From positions 62,001 through 120,190 of the IMG/VR virus record IMGVR_UViG_3300027734_000046: a stretch of DNA of 58,190 nucleotides; one strand, 5' to 3'. Shown here piece after piece: positions 28,461 through 39,012 of this stretch. The notes under the pieces were generated by a model. That model worked only from the letters and a program-made list of their open reading frames with translations, did no database searches and was not told the DNA's origin. The stretch comes from an uncultured virus (IMG/VR IMGVR_UViG_3300027734_000046) (lineage: Duplodnaviria > Heunggongvirae > Uroviricota > Caudoviricetes). The first letter of the stretch is position 1. Each line of letters starts with the position of its first letter. The position numbers were made by a program, and so were the translations under genes.

Positions 28461-29033
28461 ATGGACATAGCAGAAAAAATGAGAAAAAAAATTTTTGATA
28501 TAATTGACCCAAATGTAAATTATACACAAGAAGATTTTGAAAAAGAATTTAGTCGTATTGACTATACTAACACTACTGATTACAAATTAAGTATTCGTTT
28601 TGTAAACGAATCAACAAACCCAAACCCAGAATATGCAACCGAAGGTTCATCTGGTTTTGATTTAAGAGCAAACTTACAAAACCCTATTGAAATACCTAGT
28701 GGCGGCATTCAAATTATACCAACAGGATTATATTTTGAAATTCCACAGGGTTTAGAAATTCAAGTTAGACCTAGAAGTGGATTAGCTGCAAAAAATGGTG
28801 TTACGGTGTTAAACACACCTGGTACGGTTGATTCGGATTATCGTGGTGAGGTTAAGGTTATACTTATTAACCATGGAAAAGAAATTTTTACCATTAACCA
28901 CGGTGATAGAATAGCGCAGGCTGTCATTGCATCTGTAATGGCTAACAATCTCATCGAGCTAAACAAAGTTTCAAAAATTTCAAATGACACTATTAGGTCA
29001 TCTAATGGTTTTGGTAGTACAGGTTTACAATAA
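28461..29033 (+). CDS. dut: Trimeric dUTPase with N-terminal extension
   Basis: Motifs SGFDL, RPRSGLA, GTVDSDYRGE, DRIAQ, RSSNGFGSTG. Confidence 0.97.
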   Translation: MDIAEKMRKKIFDIIDPNVNYTQEDFEKEFSRIDYTNTTDYKLSIRFVNESTNPNPEYATEGSSGFDLRANLQNPIEIPSGGIQIIPTGLYFEIPQGLEIQVRPRSGLAAKNGVTVLNTPGTVDSDYRGEVKVILINHGKEIFTINHGDRIAQAVIASVMANNLIELNKVSKISNDTIRSSNGFGSTGLQ

Positions 29034-29043
29034 AAAAAATAAA

Positions 29044-30036
29044 ATGAAATTAGATTTTAACGATTTGTTAATCGTACCAAAAGAAATAACAAATATAAAT
29101 AGTCGAACTGAAATTAATCCGTACATTTTTGCGATGCTACCATTAATTACCGCACCTATGGACACTGTTGTATCCAAAGAAAATGCGGGGTTATATATTA
29201 TTAATAATATAAATGTATGCCTACCTAGAAACGTAGACTGTGATTTAGGATTTAAAGCATATTCAATATCTCAGATGAATGATTTATTAAATTCTAATAG
29301 AGGTATTTTAGAAAATGGGTATTATTTAATTGATGTTGCTAATGGGCATATGGACTCGGTAATAAACATCACAAAAAAAATAAAACAAAAAAATAAGAAA
29401 GTTAAATTAATGGTTGGCAATATCGCTAACCCAGAAACATATCGATTACTGTCTGACGCAGGTGCCGACTATATTAGAGTTGGCATTGGAAATGGTGGTG
29501 GATGCCTAACAACGCAAAATACAGGTGTTGGATATCCAATGGCGTCATTGATTAAAGAATGTTATGATATATCTGCTACGTTAGACAACCCCGCATATAT
29601 AGTTGCCGACGGTGGAATGCAAACATACAGTGACATAATTAAAGCTCTTGCATTAGGTGCTGATTATGTTATGCTTGGTAGCGTTTTAAATAAATCACTT
29701 GAATCTGCTGGTGATAATTACCTTTGGAAAAAAATAAAAGTATCACAAACAATGGCTAAGAAAGCGTATAAACTAGGTATACCCGTTTATAAAATGTTTA
29801 GAGGTATGAGCACCAAAGAAGTTCAAAAAAAATGGGGTGCCAAAGTCATTAAAACTTCTGAGGGTGTTGTAAGATATCGAAGAGTAGAATACACACTATC
29901 TCAATGGTCTGAGAACTTTGAACATTACTTACGTTCAGCAATGAGCTATACAGGCTCACATAAACTAAGCGAATTTATCGGTAAAGCAAATTTAATACAA
30001 ATAACAAATAACGCATATAAAAGATTTAACAAATGA
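29044..30036 (+). CDS. guaC: GMP reductase / IMP dehydrogenase family protein (no CBS domains)
   Basis: LDFNDLLIVP, TAPMDTV, IDVANGH, RVGIGNGGGCLTT, ADGG, FRGMS, SEG, LRSAMSY. Start reassigned to the ATG at 29044. guaC versus guaB is not certain. Confidence 0.8.
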   Translation: MKLDFNDLLIVPKEITNINSRTEINPYIFAMLPLITAPMDTVVSKENAGLYIINNINVCLPRNVDCDLGFKAYSISQMNDLLNSNRGILENGYYLIDVANGHMDSVINITKKIKQKNKKVKLMVGNIANPETYRLLSDAGADYIRVGIGNGGGCLTTQNTGVGYPMASLIKECYDISATLDNPAYIVADGGMQTYSDIIKALALGADYVMLGSVLNKSLESAGDNYLWKKIKVSQTMAKKAYKLGIPVYKMFRGMSTKEVQKKWGAKVIKTSEGVVRYRRVEYTLSQWSENFEHYLRSAMSYTGSHKLSEFIGKANLIQITNNAYKRFNK

Positions 30037-31496
30037 TAACAGTAGTATATTGTACTAGAGAATCAAATCCTAAACACACAGAACACATTATTAAAATGTC
30101 TGGTTTAGGTAAACACATTGAAGTGATTGAAATTATAAATAATGGAGAATCATTAACAAAATGTTATAACCGTGGATTAAAAGCTGCGAAAAACGATATT
30201 GTTGTGTTTATGCACGACGATGTAATAATTGAAACTTCTGCTTGGGGTAGCAAAGTTATCAAACATTTTGAAAGCAACCCAGAATTTGGAATACTTGGTG
30301 TTGCTGGAACAACAGATATGCCATTAAGTGGCAGATGGTGGGACGACAGAACAAAAATGGTCGGTATTGTTAACCACGAAAATGAAGGTAAAAAATGGGA
30401 GTCAAAATACTCTAAGAATTGGGCTAATGATATTGTAGAAGTACTTTCTGTTGATGGATTGTTTTTTGCGGTTAATAAAAATAGGGTTAAAAATAATTTT
30501 GATGAGAATGTAGAAGGGTTCCACTTTTATGAAATTGATTTTGTATTTTCTAATTATTTAGCAGGTGTTAAAGTTGGTGTTCTTTTTAATGTACGATTAA
30601 CTCACAAATCAATTGGTATGACAAATGAACAGTGGGAAGAAAATAGACTTAACTTTGTTAAAAAGTTTAATGATGACTTACCAGAAAAATTAGTACCTGA
30701 AATGTATCAACCAAAAGAATCTGGTAATAAAAACACCAAGGTTAATATTAAAGTTGTGATACAATCACATGGAGATGTTGCCGTTTTCGAAACAATATAC
30801 AATAAGATTAAATCATTTAATTATCCTAACTTAACAATTTCATTAATAACAAATGAAAATTCATACGATAAATTTAAAGATTTAAATTATGAAGGTGTTA
30901 AAATCTATGAAGGGTTTTACGATACGCTACCAAAAAATTTATCAATATTAAAATTTGAAGATGATTTTGTTACCAATAATGACGATTTAATCTTTTTTAT
31001 GAATGACAAGATTGAAATCGTGAATAATATATTTTTAAGTTTTTCTAAAATATATACAATAAATAAAAATACTTTTGGTTGTGGATTCCCATTATCGTAC
31101 AATGATAATAAAACAGTATTTAGCTCTAGTTTAGAAATCTTTGCAAATAAAGAAGGCAAGGTCGCAATCAATATGAGAGATAGTAATACGTATTATAATG
31201 TTTATTACGGTACCATTTTAAATAGTTTTGGAAATCTTGCTGATTGTTTTGTAACAACATATACAAACTTAAAATCTTTAGATTGGTTTAAATTAAATTA
31301 TGAAACACCACTGTACTTTAATGAATTTTCGCTTAGATTATCATTGAAAAATAAATTAACATACAATGATACTAATTCATTAACTGTGCAGAAATCTTTT
31401 ATGGGCGAATCAAATATCCAACAAGATTTTCAAAACCTTATTAATTTTATTAGTACTGATGAAAAATTAAAAACACTAGTTAAAAATATCGAATGA
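30033..31496 (+). CDS. Two-domain GT-A glycosyltransferase
   Basis: YNRG...DIVVFMHDDV...GILGVAG...VDGLFFAV...FDE...GFHFYE; second domain looks like a degenerate GT2. Confidence 0.8.
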   Translation: MITVVYCTRESNPKHTEHIIKMSGLGKHIEVIEIINNGESLTKCYNRGLKAAKNDIVVFMHDDVIIETSAWGSKVIKHFESNPEFGILGVAGTTDMPLSGRWWDDRTKMVGIVNHENEGKKWESKYSKNWANDIVEVLSVDGLFFAVNKNRVKNNFDENVEGFHFYEIDFVFSNYLAGVKVGVLFNVRLTHKSIGMTNEQWEENRLNFVKKFNDDLPEKLVPEMYQPKESGNKNTKVNIKVVIQSHGDVAVFETIYNKIKSFNYPNLTISLITNENSYDKFKDLNYEGVKIYEGFYDTLPKNLSILKFEDDFVTNNDDLIFFMNDKIEIVNNIFLSFSKIYTINKNTFGCGFPLSYNDNKTVFSSSLEIFANKEGKVAINMRDSNTYYNVYYGTILNSFGNLADCFVTTYTNLKSLDWFKLNYETPLYFNEFSLRLSLKNKLTYNDTNSLTVQKSFMGESNIQQDFQNLINFISTDEKLKTLVKNIE

Positions 31497-32275
31497 TAAA
31501 GATAGCTTCTGGTTATACAAATAAAGGCGGGTCAACGATTGCATTTATTAACTTAACAAATGCATTAAATGATGCTGGTTATGATTGTACATTTTATGGT
31601 CCACATGAGTGGCACCTAGATAAATGTAAATCTGGGTTATTAAATCAACTATCTTTTGATAAAGAGGATAGTGTTATATCACATTATTTAAATTTAGAAC
31701 AAAGGCCAGACGTAAAAAAAATTGTTTTATCGTGCCATGAAAAATGGTGGTTTAGTTTTAGTAAAACTAATAAATACTTTGATACTGCAGTATTTTTACA
31801 TGAAGCGCACAGAAATTTTCACTCAGATTATTACGGCGATTATACCATAATACCAAATCTAAAAGAAAATTTAATACCAAAAGAAAAATCAGAATTAGAT
31901 TTAGTTGCTGGTATAATTGGCTCTATTGAAGATAGAAAACAAACTCATGTTTCTATACAAAGAGCTATGAAAGATAAATGTAAAAAAATATATTTATTTG
32001 GTTCAATAAATGAAGAAGAATATTTCAACAACTACGTTAAACCACTTTTAAACCCAAAAATAGAAACGCTTGGGCATTCAACAAATAAACAAGAAATGTA
32101 TGATATGATTGGAAGAGTGTATCATTCATCAAAAGGTGAGGTGGCTTGTTTAGTTAAAGACGAATGCTATCTAACAAATACAAAATTTTTTGGTAATGAA
32201 GAAACAGAGAATGAAGTTTCAACGTTAACAAATGAAGAGATAATATTATTATGGAAAAAAACACTTAATTTATGA
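31493..32275 (+). CDS. GT-B fold glycosyltransferase
   Basis: GGSTIAFINLTNAL...CHE...IIPN...IIGSIEDRKQTH...SSKGEVACLVKDEC. Confidence 0.7.
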   Translation: MIKIASGYTNKGGSTIAFINLTNALNDAGYDCTFYGPHEWHLDKCKSGLLNQLSFDKEDSVISHYLNLEQRPDVKKIVLSCHEKWWFSFSKTNKYFDTAVFLHEAHRNFHSDYYGDYTIIPNLKENLIPKEKSELDLVAGIIGSIEDRKQTHVSIQRAMKDKCKKIYLFGSINEEEYFNNYVKPLLNPKIETLGHSTNKQEMYDMIGRVYHSSKGEVACLVKDECYLTNTKFFGNEETENEVSTLTNEEIILLWKKTLNL

Positions 32276-32991
32276 TTATACACGCACACATATTAGCTTG
32301 GAATGAAGAAAAAATTCTGCCATTTACGTTAGATTATTATTCACAATTTTGTGAAAAAATTTTTATTCATGACAACATGTCTACTGACGGTTCTGATGAA
32401 ATATATTCTAGATACCCAAACGTAACTGTTTTAAAATGGAGCAGTAATAATGAAATCAATGAAATTAATTACGTTAAAATAAAGTCAGAAGCCTATAGAA
32501 AATATAGCCGAGAATCCGATTGGGTTATCGTATGCGATTGTGATGAAATTTTATATCATCCTAGATTACTTGAAAAATTAGAATATTATAAAGCTAACGG
32601 CATTACCGTACCGAAAGTTAATGGTCATGATATGGTAAGTGATAAATTTCCAGAGTATGATGGTGAACTAATAACAAAAAAAGTAAAAACTGGTTCACCA
32701 GAGGTCAGCATACCGTTTTCAAAAAATATAATTTTTAACCCAAAAATAGATGTTACTTTTGGTATCGGCGCACATTCGTTTAGTTCAAATAAAACAATTT
32801 ATTCAAATTCACCAGAATTGAAATTATTACATTATAAATTTTTGGGTGTTGAATATGTTGAAAATCTCTACAAAAGCAGAGTTGAGAGACTTAGTGATTT
32901 TAATAAAACAAACAAGCTTGGTGAACATTATTTCAATGTGCCATACGACCACATTAATAGAATACTAAATGAAAAAATTGAAATAATATGA
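32272..32991 (+). CDS. GT2-like glycosyltransferase
   Basis: WNEEKILPF...DNMSTDGS...DWVIVCDCDE...LLHYK. Confidence 0.85.
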   Translation: MIIHAHILAWNEEKILPFTLDYYSQFCEKIFIHDNMSTDGSDEIYSRYPNVTVLKWSSNNEINEINYVKIKSEAYRKYSRESDWVIVCDCDEILYHPRLLEKLEYYKANGITVPKVNGHDMVSDKFPEYDGELITKKVKTGSPEVSIPFSKNIIFNPKIDVTFGIGAHSFSSNKTIYSNSPELKLLHYKFLGVEYVENLYKSRVERLSDFNKTNKLGEHYFNVPYDHINRILNEKIEII

Positions 32992-33698
32992 AAAAAATTG
33001 GAATCATAATTGTAACATACAACGTATCTGATTTACTAGATAGTCAAATTTTAAGCATACGTAAAAATTGTACCGATAAAGATTATAAAATTATAATTAT
33101 TGACAATAGTACTAATCCAGTACATATAGATAATATAGAAAAATATTGTGCTAAAAATAATATTATTAGAGCTAAAGTTGATTATAATGTATTTGACCCA
33201 AGCACAAATCATGCAATGGCATTAAATTTTGCGTACTACGCTTTCTCCAAAAAGTTTGATTATTTATTTTTTCTAGACCATGACTTATTTCCAATTAAAA
33301 AATTTAATGTTAGCGATATAATGGACGGCAAACTAATGGCTGGTAGAGAAGTTAAATTATCAAACACATATCTTTGGCCTGGATGCTTAATGATGGCGAA
33401 ATTAGAGGAAAAGGTTGACTTTATACCTATAAATGATTTAGACACTGGTGGCCGACTTCATACGGTTGTTTCTAAAGACCCAAATAGTATCGTTGTTTTT
33501 GATTTAAAAAATCAGTCATTTGGCGATGATGTAAAATTCAATAATTATTTCATGCATGAATATTATGAATTAATTTTTAATGAAACTTTCATGCATTTTA
33601 TTAAGGCTAGTAACTGGTGCAATGTAACACCTGAAATTTTTAAAGCTAGACAAGATTTACTCATTAAAACATTAAACGATTATAATAGTGAAAAATAA
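32988..33698 (+). CDS. GT2-like glycosyltransferase
   Basis: IIIVTYN...IIIIDNS...HAMALN...FLDHDLF...DTGG. Confidence 0.8.
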   Translation: MKKIGIIIVTYNVSDLLDSQILSIRKNCTDKDYKIIIIDNSTNPVHIDNIEKYCAKNNIIRAKVDYNVFDPSTNHAMALNFAYYAFSKKFDYLFFLDHDLFPIKKFNVSDIMDGKLMAGREVKLSNTYLWPGCLMMAKLEEKVDFIPINDLDTGGRLHTVVSKDPNSIVVFDLKNQSFGDDVKFNNYFMHEYYELIFNETFMHFIKASNWCNVTPEIFKARQDLLIKTLNDYNSEK

Positions 33699-34521
33699 TA
33701 AAAAAATATTGATATCCGATTTTACAACTAAAGAAGCGCCACATGGTGGTTCAGAGTGGGTTAATGAAGTCCTAATTAAAAAATTTAATTTAGATTTTGA
33801 ATATTCCTCACAGCTACAATCGTGGGACCCTGAAAATTTTTATATTATATCAAATATTTCATTGATGAATCCAACATTGGTTAGAGAAATACCAAAATTA
33901 AATTATATTATCATTGAAAACGATTACAAGATATGCGAAAGTAGACACCCTTGGCGTTATCCAAATTCAATCGTCCCAAAAAACCAAAGAATAAACTACG
34001 ATATTTACAAAAATGCTAAAGCTGTATTTGTTCAAACAACAGACCATTTTAATGTCTATAAATCAAATCAGGTTGATGGTAATTTTATAAACCTAAATTG
34101 TTCTATATGGTCTGATGAAGATTTAGAAATGTTAAACAATTTTTTAATTAACAAACCAATAAAAAATGGCAAAACAGCCGTATATTACACCAACAATTGG
34201 ATAAAAAATAGTGAAGGTGCTATTAATTATTGTAATGATAACGGGTTAACACCTGAACTTATTGAAAACAACCCAAACAGAAAAGATTTTTTAGATAAAT
34301 TATCTAATTGTTCACAATTAGTTTTTTTACCAATTGCTAGAGAAACCTTTTGTCGTTTAGTTGTTGAGGCTAGATGTATGGGGTTAGAAGTAATAACAAC
34401 TAAAAATTATGGTGCTTCTTTAGAGAATTGGTTTGATATGAAAGGTGCTGACATGTTAAAGTTTTTAAAGTTTAAAACCGATAAGAATTTAAAAATAATA
34501 GAAAACTATATAAATAACTAA
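33688..34521 (+). CDS. GT-B fold glycosyltransferase (GTG start)
   Basis: GGSEW...VFLPIARETFCRLVVEARCMG (ExxxxxxxE motif). Confidence 0.75.
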   Translation: MKNNKKILISDFTTKEAPHGGSEWVNEVLIKKFNLDFEYSSQLQSWDPENFYIISNISLMNPTLVREIPKLNYIIIENDYKICESRHPWRYPNSIVPKNQRINYDIYKNAKAVFVQTTDHFNVYKSNQVDGNFINLNCSIWSDEDLEMLNNFLINKPIKNGKTAVYYTNNWIKNSEGAINYCNDNGLTPELIENNPNRKDFLDKLSNCSQLVFLPIARETFCRLVVEARCMGLEVITTKNYGASLENWFDMKGADMLKFLKFKTDKNLKIIENYINN

Positions 34522-34522
34522 A

Positions 34523-35416
34523 ATGTTTTTAAAAAAATGGATTAAGAAAAATATAGCTGCGCTATCAATTGCGTTTTCAAATGTTGAAAAAAATGTTTTT
34601 GGTCAAAAAGGTGATGACATGACATTAGATACGGAAAAACAACAAAGACATACGCAAGGCATGTTAGCTGATTCTTTATTAAATGGTAAAATTACCGAAG
34701 AAGTTAAAAGATTAAGGTGGAGAACATATAAGGTGTTAAAAGCTGCTTATGGCAATACAGTAATTCTTGAAGGTTATGACGAAAATGATAATCCAATATA
34801 TAAGTTAACTAATAAAAATGATAAAACGCTTTTAAAAAAAATAAATATTGATACTTCTGATGATTTTGATTTAGAAATGGTTTTTGAAAATAAAGCTATT
34901 GAGAATGGTATTAATGATACTATTAGTGTATTAGACGACGAAAATAGTATTAATTTAATCGAATATTTAATTAAAAATAAAGTCGAAAAACCCTTACTTA
35001 TAGACAGGAAAGACTACCCAAGGTTTTACATTGAAAATTATACAAAAAAAATAAATATTCGTCGAATAACGGATGATGAAAAAATGCTAGAGTTTTATAT
35101 TAGCGAGTACCCCGATGAGTACAATAAAAATAGTGTGATTTTTTTAAACCAAATTAAAAAATTAATTAATTCGGAATTAAAAAATACTAAATTTTTAGAT
35201 TTTGATGAAGTTTCATTTATAACAAACAACACACTCGGAGCTCAAGATTTTTTACTTTTTAGTTACGGTGAAATTAAATTTGACAAAATAATTGAATTTG
35301 ATGGTAACTATGTAATTAAATTTAAATCCAAGATAATAAAAAACGGGGAAGATATATTAATCAACTATATCGATTCAGAATTAGAAAAAAAATATAATAA
35401 TAAAGAAAAAAAATAA
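34523..35416 (+). CDS. Hypothetical phage protein
   Basis: 297-aa ORF without recognisable glycosyltransferase motifs. Confidence 0.75.
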   Translation: MFLKKWIKKNIAALSIAFSNVEKNVFGQKGDDMTLDTEKQQRHTQGMLADSLLNGKITEEVKRLRWRTYKVLKAAYGNTVILEGYDENDNPIYKLTNKNDKTLLKKINIDTSDDFDLEMVFENKAIENGINDTISVLDDENSINLIEYLIKNKVEKPLLIDRKDYPRFYIENYTKKINIRRITDDEKMLEFYISEYPDEYNKNSVIFLNQIKKLINSELKNTKFLDFDEVSFITNNTLGAQDFLLFSYGEIKFDKIIEFDGNYVIKFKSKIIKNGEDILINYIDSELEKKYNNKEKK

Positions 35417-35422
35417 TTTTTT

Positions 35423-36142
35423 ATGATTACAGCGATATTAAACGGATATAAAAGACCACAATTTTTAAAAGAACAAATCGATGCAATTAAAAATCAAACA
35501 ATACCACCTGAAGAAATAATGTTGTGGCAAAACCACACTGAAGGGTTTGATGCTGAGCTAACTAGCCAACTAACAACTGCATCTTGTAATAAAAATATGG
35601 GTGTGTGGGCTAGATTTGCATTTGCATTAAACGCTAAAACAGAGTATATTTGCATATTTGATGACGATACAATACCAGGCTCAATGTGGTTTGAAAATTG
35701 TATTAGTACTATGAAAACACATGAAGGCCTACTTGGAACTGTAGGACTAATTTATGAAACTCCAAATTCGTATCGCCCAAATACTAGATACGGTTGGACA
35801 GAAATAAATAATCCCAAGACGATTAGGGTTGATATCGTAGGGCATGCGTGGTTTTTTAAACGTGAATGGCTATCAGCATTCTGGAGAGAATTACCACCAC
35901 CAGATTTAACAACTGTTGGGGAAGATATGCACTTCTCATATATGTTGCAAAAATATTTAGGTTTAAATACATATGTCCCACCACACCCAGAACATTTTAA
36001 AGAAATGTGGGGAAGCACTAAAGGTTGGGAAATGGGGACCGAGAAAAATGCGCTATCCTTCAATGAAGGTAATATCCTTAAAATGGATAAGTATCATAAA
36101 GACCTTATAAATAGAGGATTTAAATTAGTAAAACATGGATAA
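35423..36142 (+). CDS. GT-A glycosyltransferase
   Basis: ITAILNGYKRP...RFAFAL...ICIFDDDTIPG...VDIVGH...GEDMHFS. Confidence 0.8.
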   Translation: MITAILNGYKRPQFLKEQIDAIKNQTIPPEEIMLWQNHTEGFDAELTSQLTTASCNKNMGVWARFAFALNAKTEYICIFDDDTIPGSMWFENCISTMKTHEGLLGTVGLIYETPNSYRPNTRYGWTEINNPKTIRVDIVGHAWFFKREWLSAFWRELPPPDLTTVGEDMHFSYMLQKYLGLNTYVPPHPEHFKEMWGSTKGWEMGTEKNALSFNEGNILKMDKYHKDLINRGFKLVKHG

Positions 36143-36854
36143 ATTTACATTAGATTTTGACAATTTTTGGTCAATGATTGAAAATAATATAAATTTTACG
36201 TTTGCAAGATATGCCGACGGAGAGGTTATGTTGATGGGTGGCGAAGCTGTTGGCAAAATAACACAAGCATTTAAAGTAGATAAATGGGAGGCACCAAATA
36301 CTTTAACAAGAGCGGGTAAAGAATTACTAGAAACAATAAATCATACTGAAGATAATTACCATTATGCTATCTCAGGTGTTAATGACAATATTAATGATTA
36401 TAGGTTTTTAAAAAATAAAATAAAACATAAAGAAAGTAATATAACATTTGTTAATCTTTGGATTAATGCAAATTACAGGAAATCGTTTAAAAAATATGCA
36501 TCTTTAAAAAGAGATGTTATTTTAATATGTAACCAAGACGCAAAAAAAGAAAACTTCCCATTTAATGTGGTTGATATCCACCCATTTCCAAATGACTGCA
36601 TAACTTTTTGGGAAGAAAATTCGGATAAATTTATTAATGAATTACTAGAAAAATATGGTAGTTTAAATGACCAGTTATTTTTTATTTCATGTGGTCCAAT
36701 ATCTGAAATAATAATACATAAACTATATCAAAATAATCCTAATAACACATATATGGATGTTGGTTCATCAATCGATGAATTTGTACATGGCGAAATAACA
36801 AGGCCATACATGGACCCATCATCAATATATTCAAAATTTAAATCTAATTTTTAA
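36135..36854 (+). CDS. GT-D fold (DUF1792-like) glycosyltransferase
   Basis: FTFARYADGE...FFISCGP...YMDVGS resembles the GT-D RxGDGE...LGP...DIG pattern. Confidence 0.6.
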   Translation: MDKFTLDFDNFWSMIENNINFTFARYADGEVMLMGGEAVGKITQAFKVDKWEAPNTLTRAGKELLETINHTEDNYHYAISGVNDNINDYRFLKNKIKHKESNITFVNLWINANYRKSFKKYASLKRDVILICNQDAKKENFPFNVVDIHPFPNDCITFWEENSDKFINELLEKYGSLNDQLFFISCGPISEIIIHKLYQNNPNNTYMDVGSSIDEFVHGEITRPYMDPSSIYSKFKSNF

Positions 36855-37552
36855 TGGTACAAGTAGCTTATTCAAACTCTAACTGCATTGACTTATGGGA
36901 AGCGTTTCAAAAACAAATGTTTAAACACTCAAAATTAAAACTTTATTTAATATCAGATAAAGAACCTGTCGATTTTGGTCTTGCTGGTGTTAGTATATAT
37001 GATAATAGTGAACCATACTATAAAGTTTGGGTGGATGGATTAAATAAATTCAATGAAGACTATTTCATATATTTACAAGAAGACTTTTTCCTATACGACG
37101 ACATAAACGAAAGCAAGTTAAACGAATATCTTGATTTTTTAAAAAATAACCCAAAGTATTCTTTTGTCAGATTGTTTAAATGCGGACATGTAAACAATAA
37201 TAAAATTACTGAAACACTTTACGAAATTGAATCAAAAAATCATGATATTTTTTCAATGCAAACCACAATATGGCGAACATCTGATTACATCAAATTAATG
37301 GAGTATGTTAAAGATGATAAATGGTTAGAAAACGATAAATATAGAAAAGCCGCTATCGAATTAAATTTAAATGGTGTTTATCATTATGATAACGAACAGA
37401 AAAGAGGGTGGACACATTATGATTCAAGCATATATCCTTGCATTTCAACAGCGTTAAATAAAGGTCAATGGAATCTTAGTGAATACCCAAAAGAATTAAA
37501 ACCAATTTTAGACGAATATTGTATCGATATATTAAAAAGAGGTGCCGTTTAA
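36854..37552 (+). CDS. Putative GT-A glycosyltransferase
   Basis: YFIYLQEDFFL...YVRL-like FVRL...SMQTTIWR...W.E pattern common in polysaccharide loci. Confidence 0.6.
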   Translation: MVQVAYSNSNCIDLWEAFQKQMFKHSKLKLYLISDKEPVDFGLAGVSIYDNSEPYYKVWVDGLNKFNEDYFIYLQEDFFLYDDINESKLNEYLDFLKNNPKYSFVRLFKCGHVNNNKITETLYEIESKNHDIFSMQTTIWRTSDYIKLMEYVKDDKWLENDKYRKAAIELNLNGVYHYDNEQKRGWTHYDSSIYPCISTALNKGQWNLSEYPKELKPILDEYCIDILKRGAV

Positions 37553-37579
37553 TTAAATAATAAATATCAAATTGAAATT

Positions 37580-38254
37580 ATGAAAGTTTTTTTATGTTTT
37601 TATACAAACGAAAAATTTAGGTCGCGTGAAGATTGGTTAATTAATGAATATTCAAAATCTGGATTTTCAAACATAATATCGTATCGTTCCGAAAATGTTA
37701 AAACTGGTGTTTTTTACGAAGAAAATAAGGAAATTTTAGATTGTAAAACTGGTGACGGATACTGGTTATGGAAACCAAAAATAATATTAGACACATTTGA
37801 AAAAATGGAATACGGTGACGTATTGGTATATGTAGATGCTGGAGATTTTGTTAATGTAAATGAGAACGAAATATTTGATTTTGCTAAAATTAATGATTAC
37901 TATTTTACAAATTGGAATGGTGTTAGGTGGCCTCAAAAAATATGTACTAAAAGGGATTGTTTTATATTAATGGATTGTGATACAGAAATTTATCATGAGA
38001 CATCACAAATGGAAGCTGGATTTTTAATCTTTAAAAAAACGGACCAAGTCATTCTATTACTTAACGATTATTTATATTATTGTAAAAACAAAAACATTGT
38101 CGATAACGAACCTAATATACATGGAGATAATTTTCCTAATTGGCAATTCCATAGAAATGACCAAAGTATTTTAACAAATTTAATTGTAAAACATGGTTTA
38201 ACATTTAATAGTACTCTTGACAATAAAATAAAATGTAATATTTTTATACCATGA
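37580..38254 (+). CDS. Putative glycosyltransferase
   Basis: GYWLWKPKII...DVLVYVDAG...HRNDQSILT. Confidence 0.65.
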   Translation: MKVFLCFYTNEKFRSREDWLINEYSKSGFSNIISYRSENVKTGVFYEENKEILDCKTGDGYWLWKPKIILDTFEKMEYGDVLVYVDAGDFVNVNENEIFDFAKINDYYFTNWNGVRWPQKICTKRDCFILMDCDTEIYHETSQMEAGFLIFKKTDQVILLLNDYLYYCKNKNIVDNEPNIHGDNFPNWQFHRNDQSILTNLIVKHGLTFNSTLDNKIKCNIFIP

Positions 38255-39012
38255 AATTTATAGCACTTAATTATAACTACGATTTGGATAAAATGTCAGA
38301 TATTGGTAGAAAATGGGCTTACGATGTCTATAAAAATAATGACTTTATTTCCGAATATTCATCTGCTTCATACGCAACATTTATTGATAAAAATCCATCA
38401 CATAAACTACATCTTTATACTGATAATGTAGATTATATGAAGACAAAAATGGATAAATACAATATCGACCAAAGTCGAATTATATATATCGATTATTCAG
38501 AAAACTTAAAACAATATGATAAAAATTTAAAATATAGTTTTACAATTTTAAATGATTTTATTAACTTTGCAAAATCTGATACAGAATATACAATTAAAAT
38601 AGACAACGATTTAATATTCACAAAAGAATTAAAACTTCCAGATTTAAATAGTATATTAGTTTGGAAGTATGAAAGAATTGTTAAACACGGCGATACTAGG
38701 TGGGGTGAAATAAAAATATGTAACGAAGTATTAAACAATACCGATTTTAAAGTATACAATTTAGGTATTTTTGGTCTACCACCAGAATATCAAACGGTAG
38801 AAGCAAAAGAAATAATGGACAGAATGATTTCAGTTGACATTTCTGATGTAACTGACGTAGATTCAAAAATTTACCATTGTTGTGAGCAGACAGCAAACAA
38901 TTGGATATTTAACAAATATAATTATAATATCATAGAAGCACATACACAAGTTGACCATCTATTTGACAATAAAGGAATGTGTATAGAAAGAGCTAAATAC
39001 TTATTAAAATGA
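38251..39012 (+). CDS. Putative GT-A glycosyltransferase
   Basis: LYTD...IKIDNDLIF (DxD)...YNLGIFG...CEQ. Confidence 0.55.
   Translation: MKFIALNYNYDLDKMSDIGRKWAYDVYKNNDFISEYSSASYATFIDKNPSHKLHLYTDNVDYMKTKMDKYNIDQSRIIYIDYSENLKQYDKNLKYSFTILNDFINFAKSDTEYTIKIDNDLIFTKELKLPDLNSILVWKYERIVKHGDTRWGEIKICNEVLNNTDFKVYNLGIFGLPPEYQTVEAKEIMDRMISVDISDVTDVDSKIYHCCEQTANNWIFNKYNYNIIEAHTQVDHLFDNKGMCIERAKYLLK

Noticed and set aside
28984..29043. Track start for the GMP reductase ORF at 28984
   Set aside because: Overlaps the end of dut; family similarity begins at MKLDFNDLLIVP (29044) after an A-rich leader.
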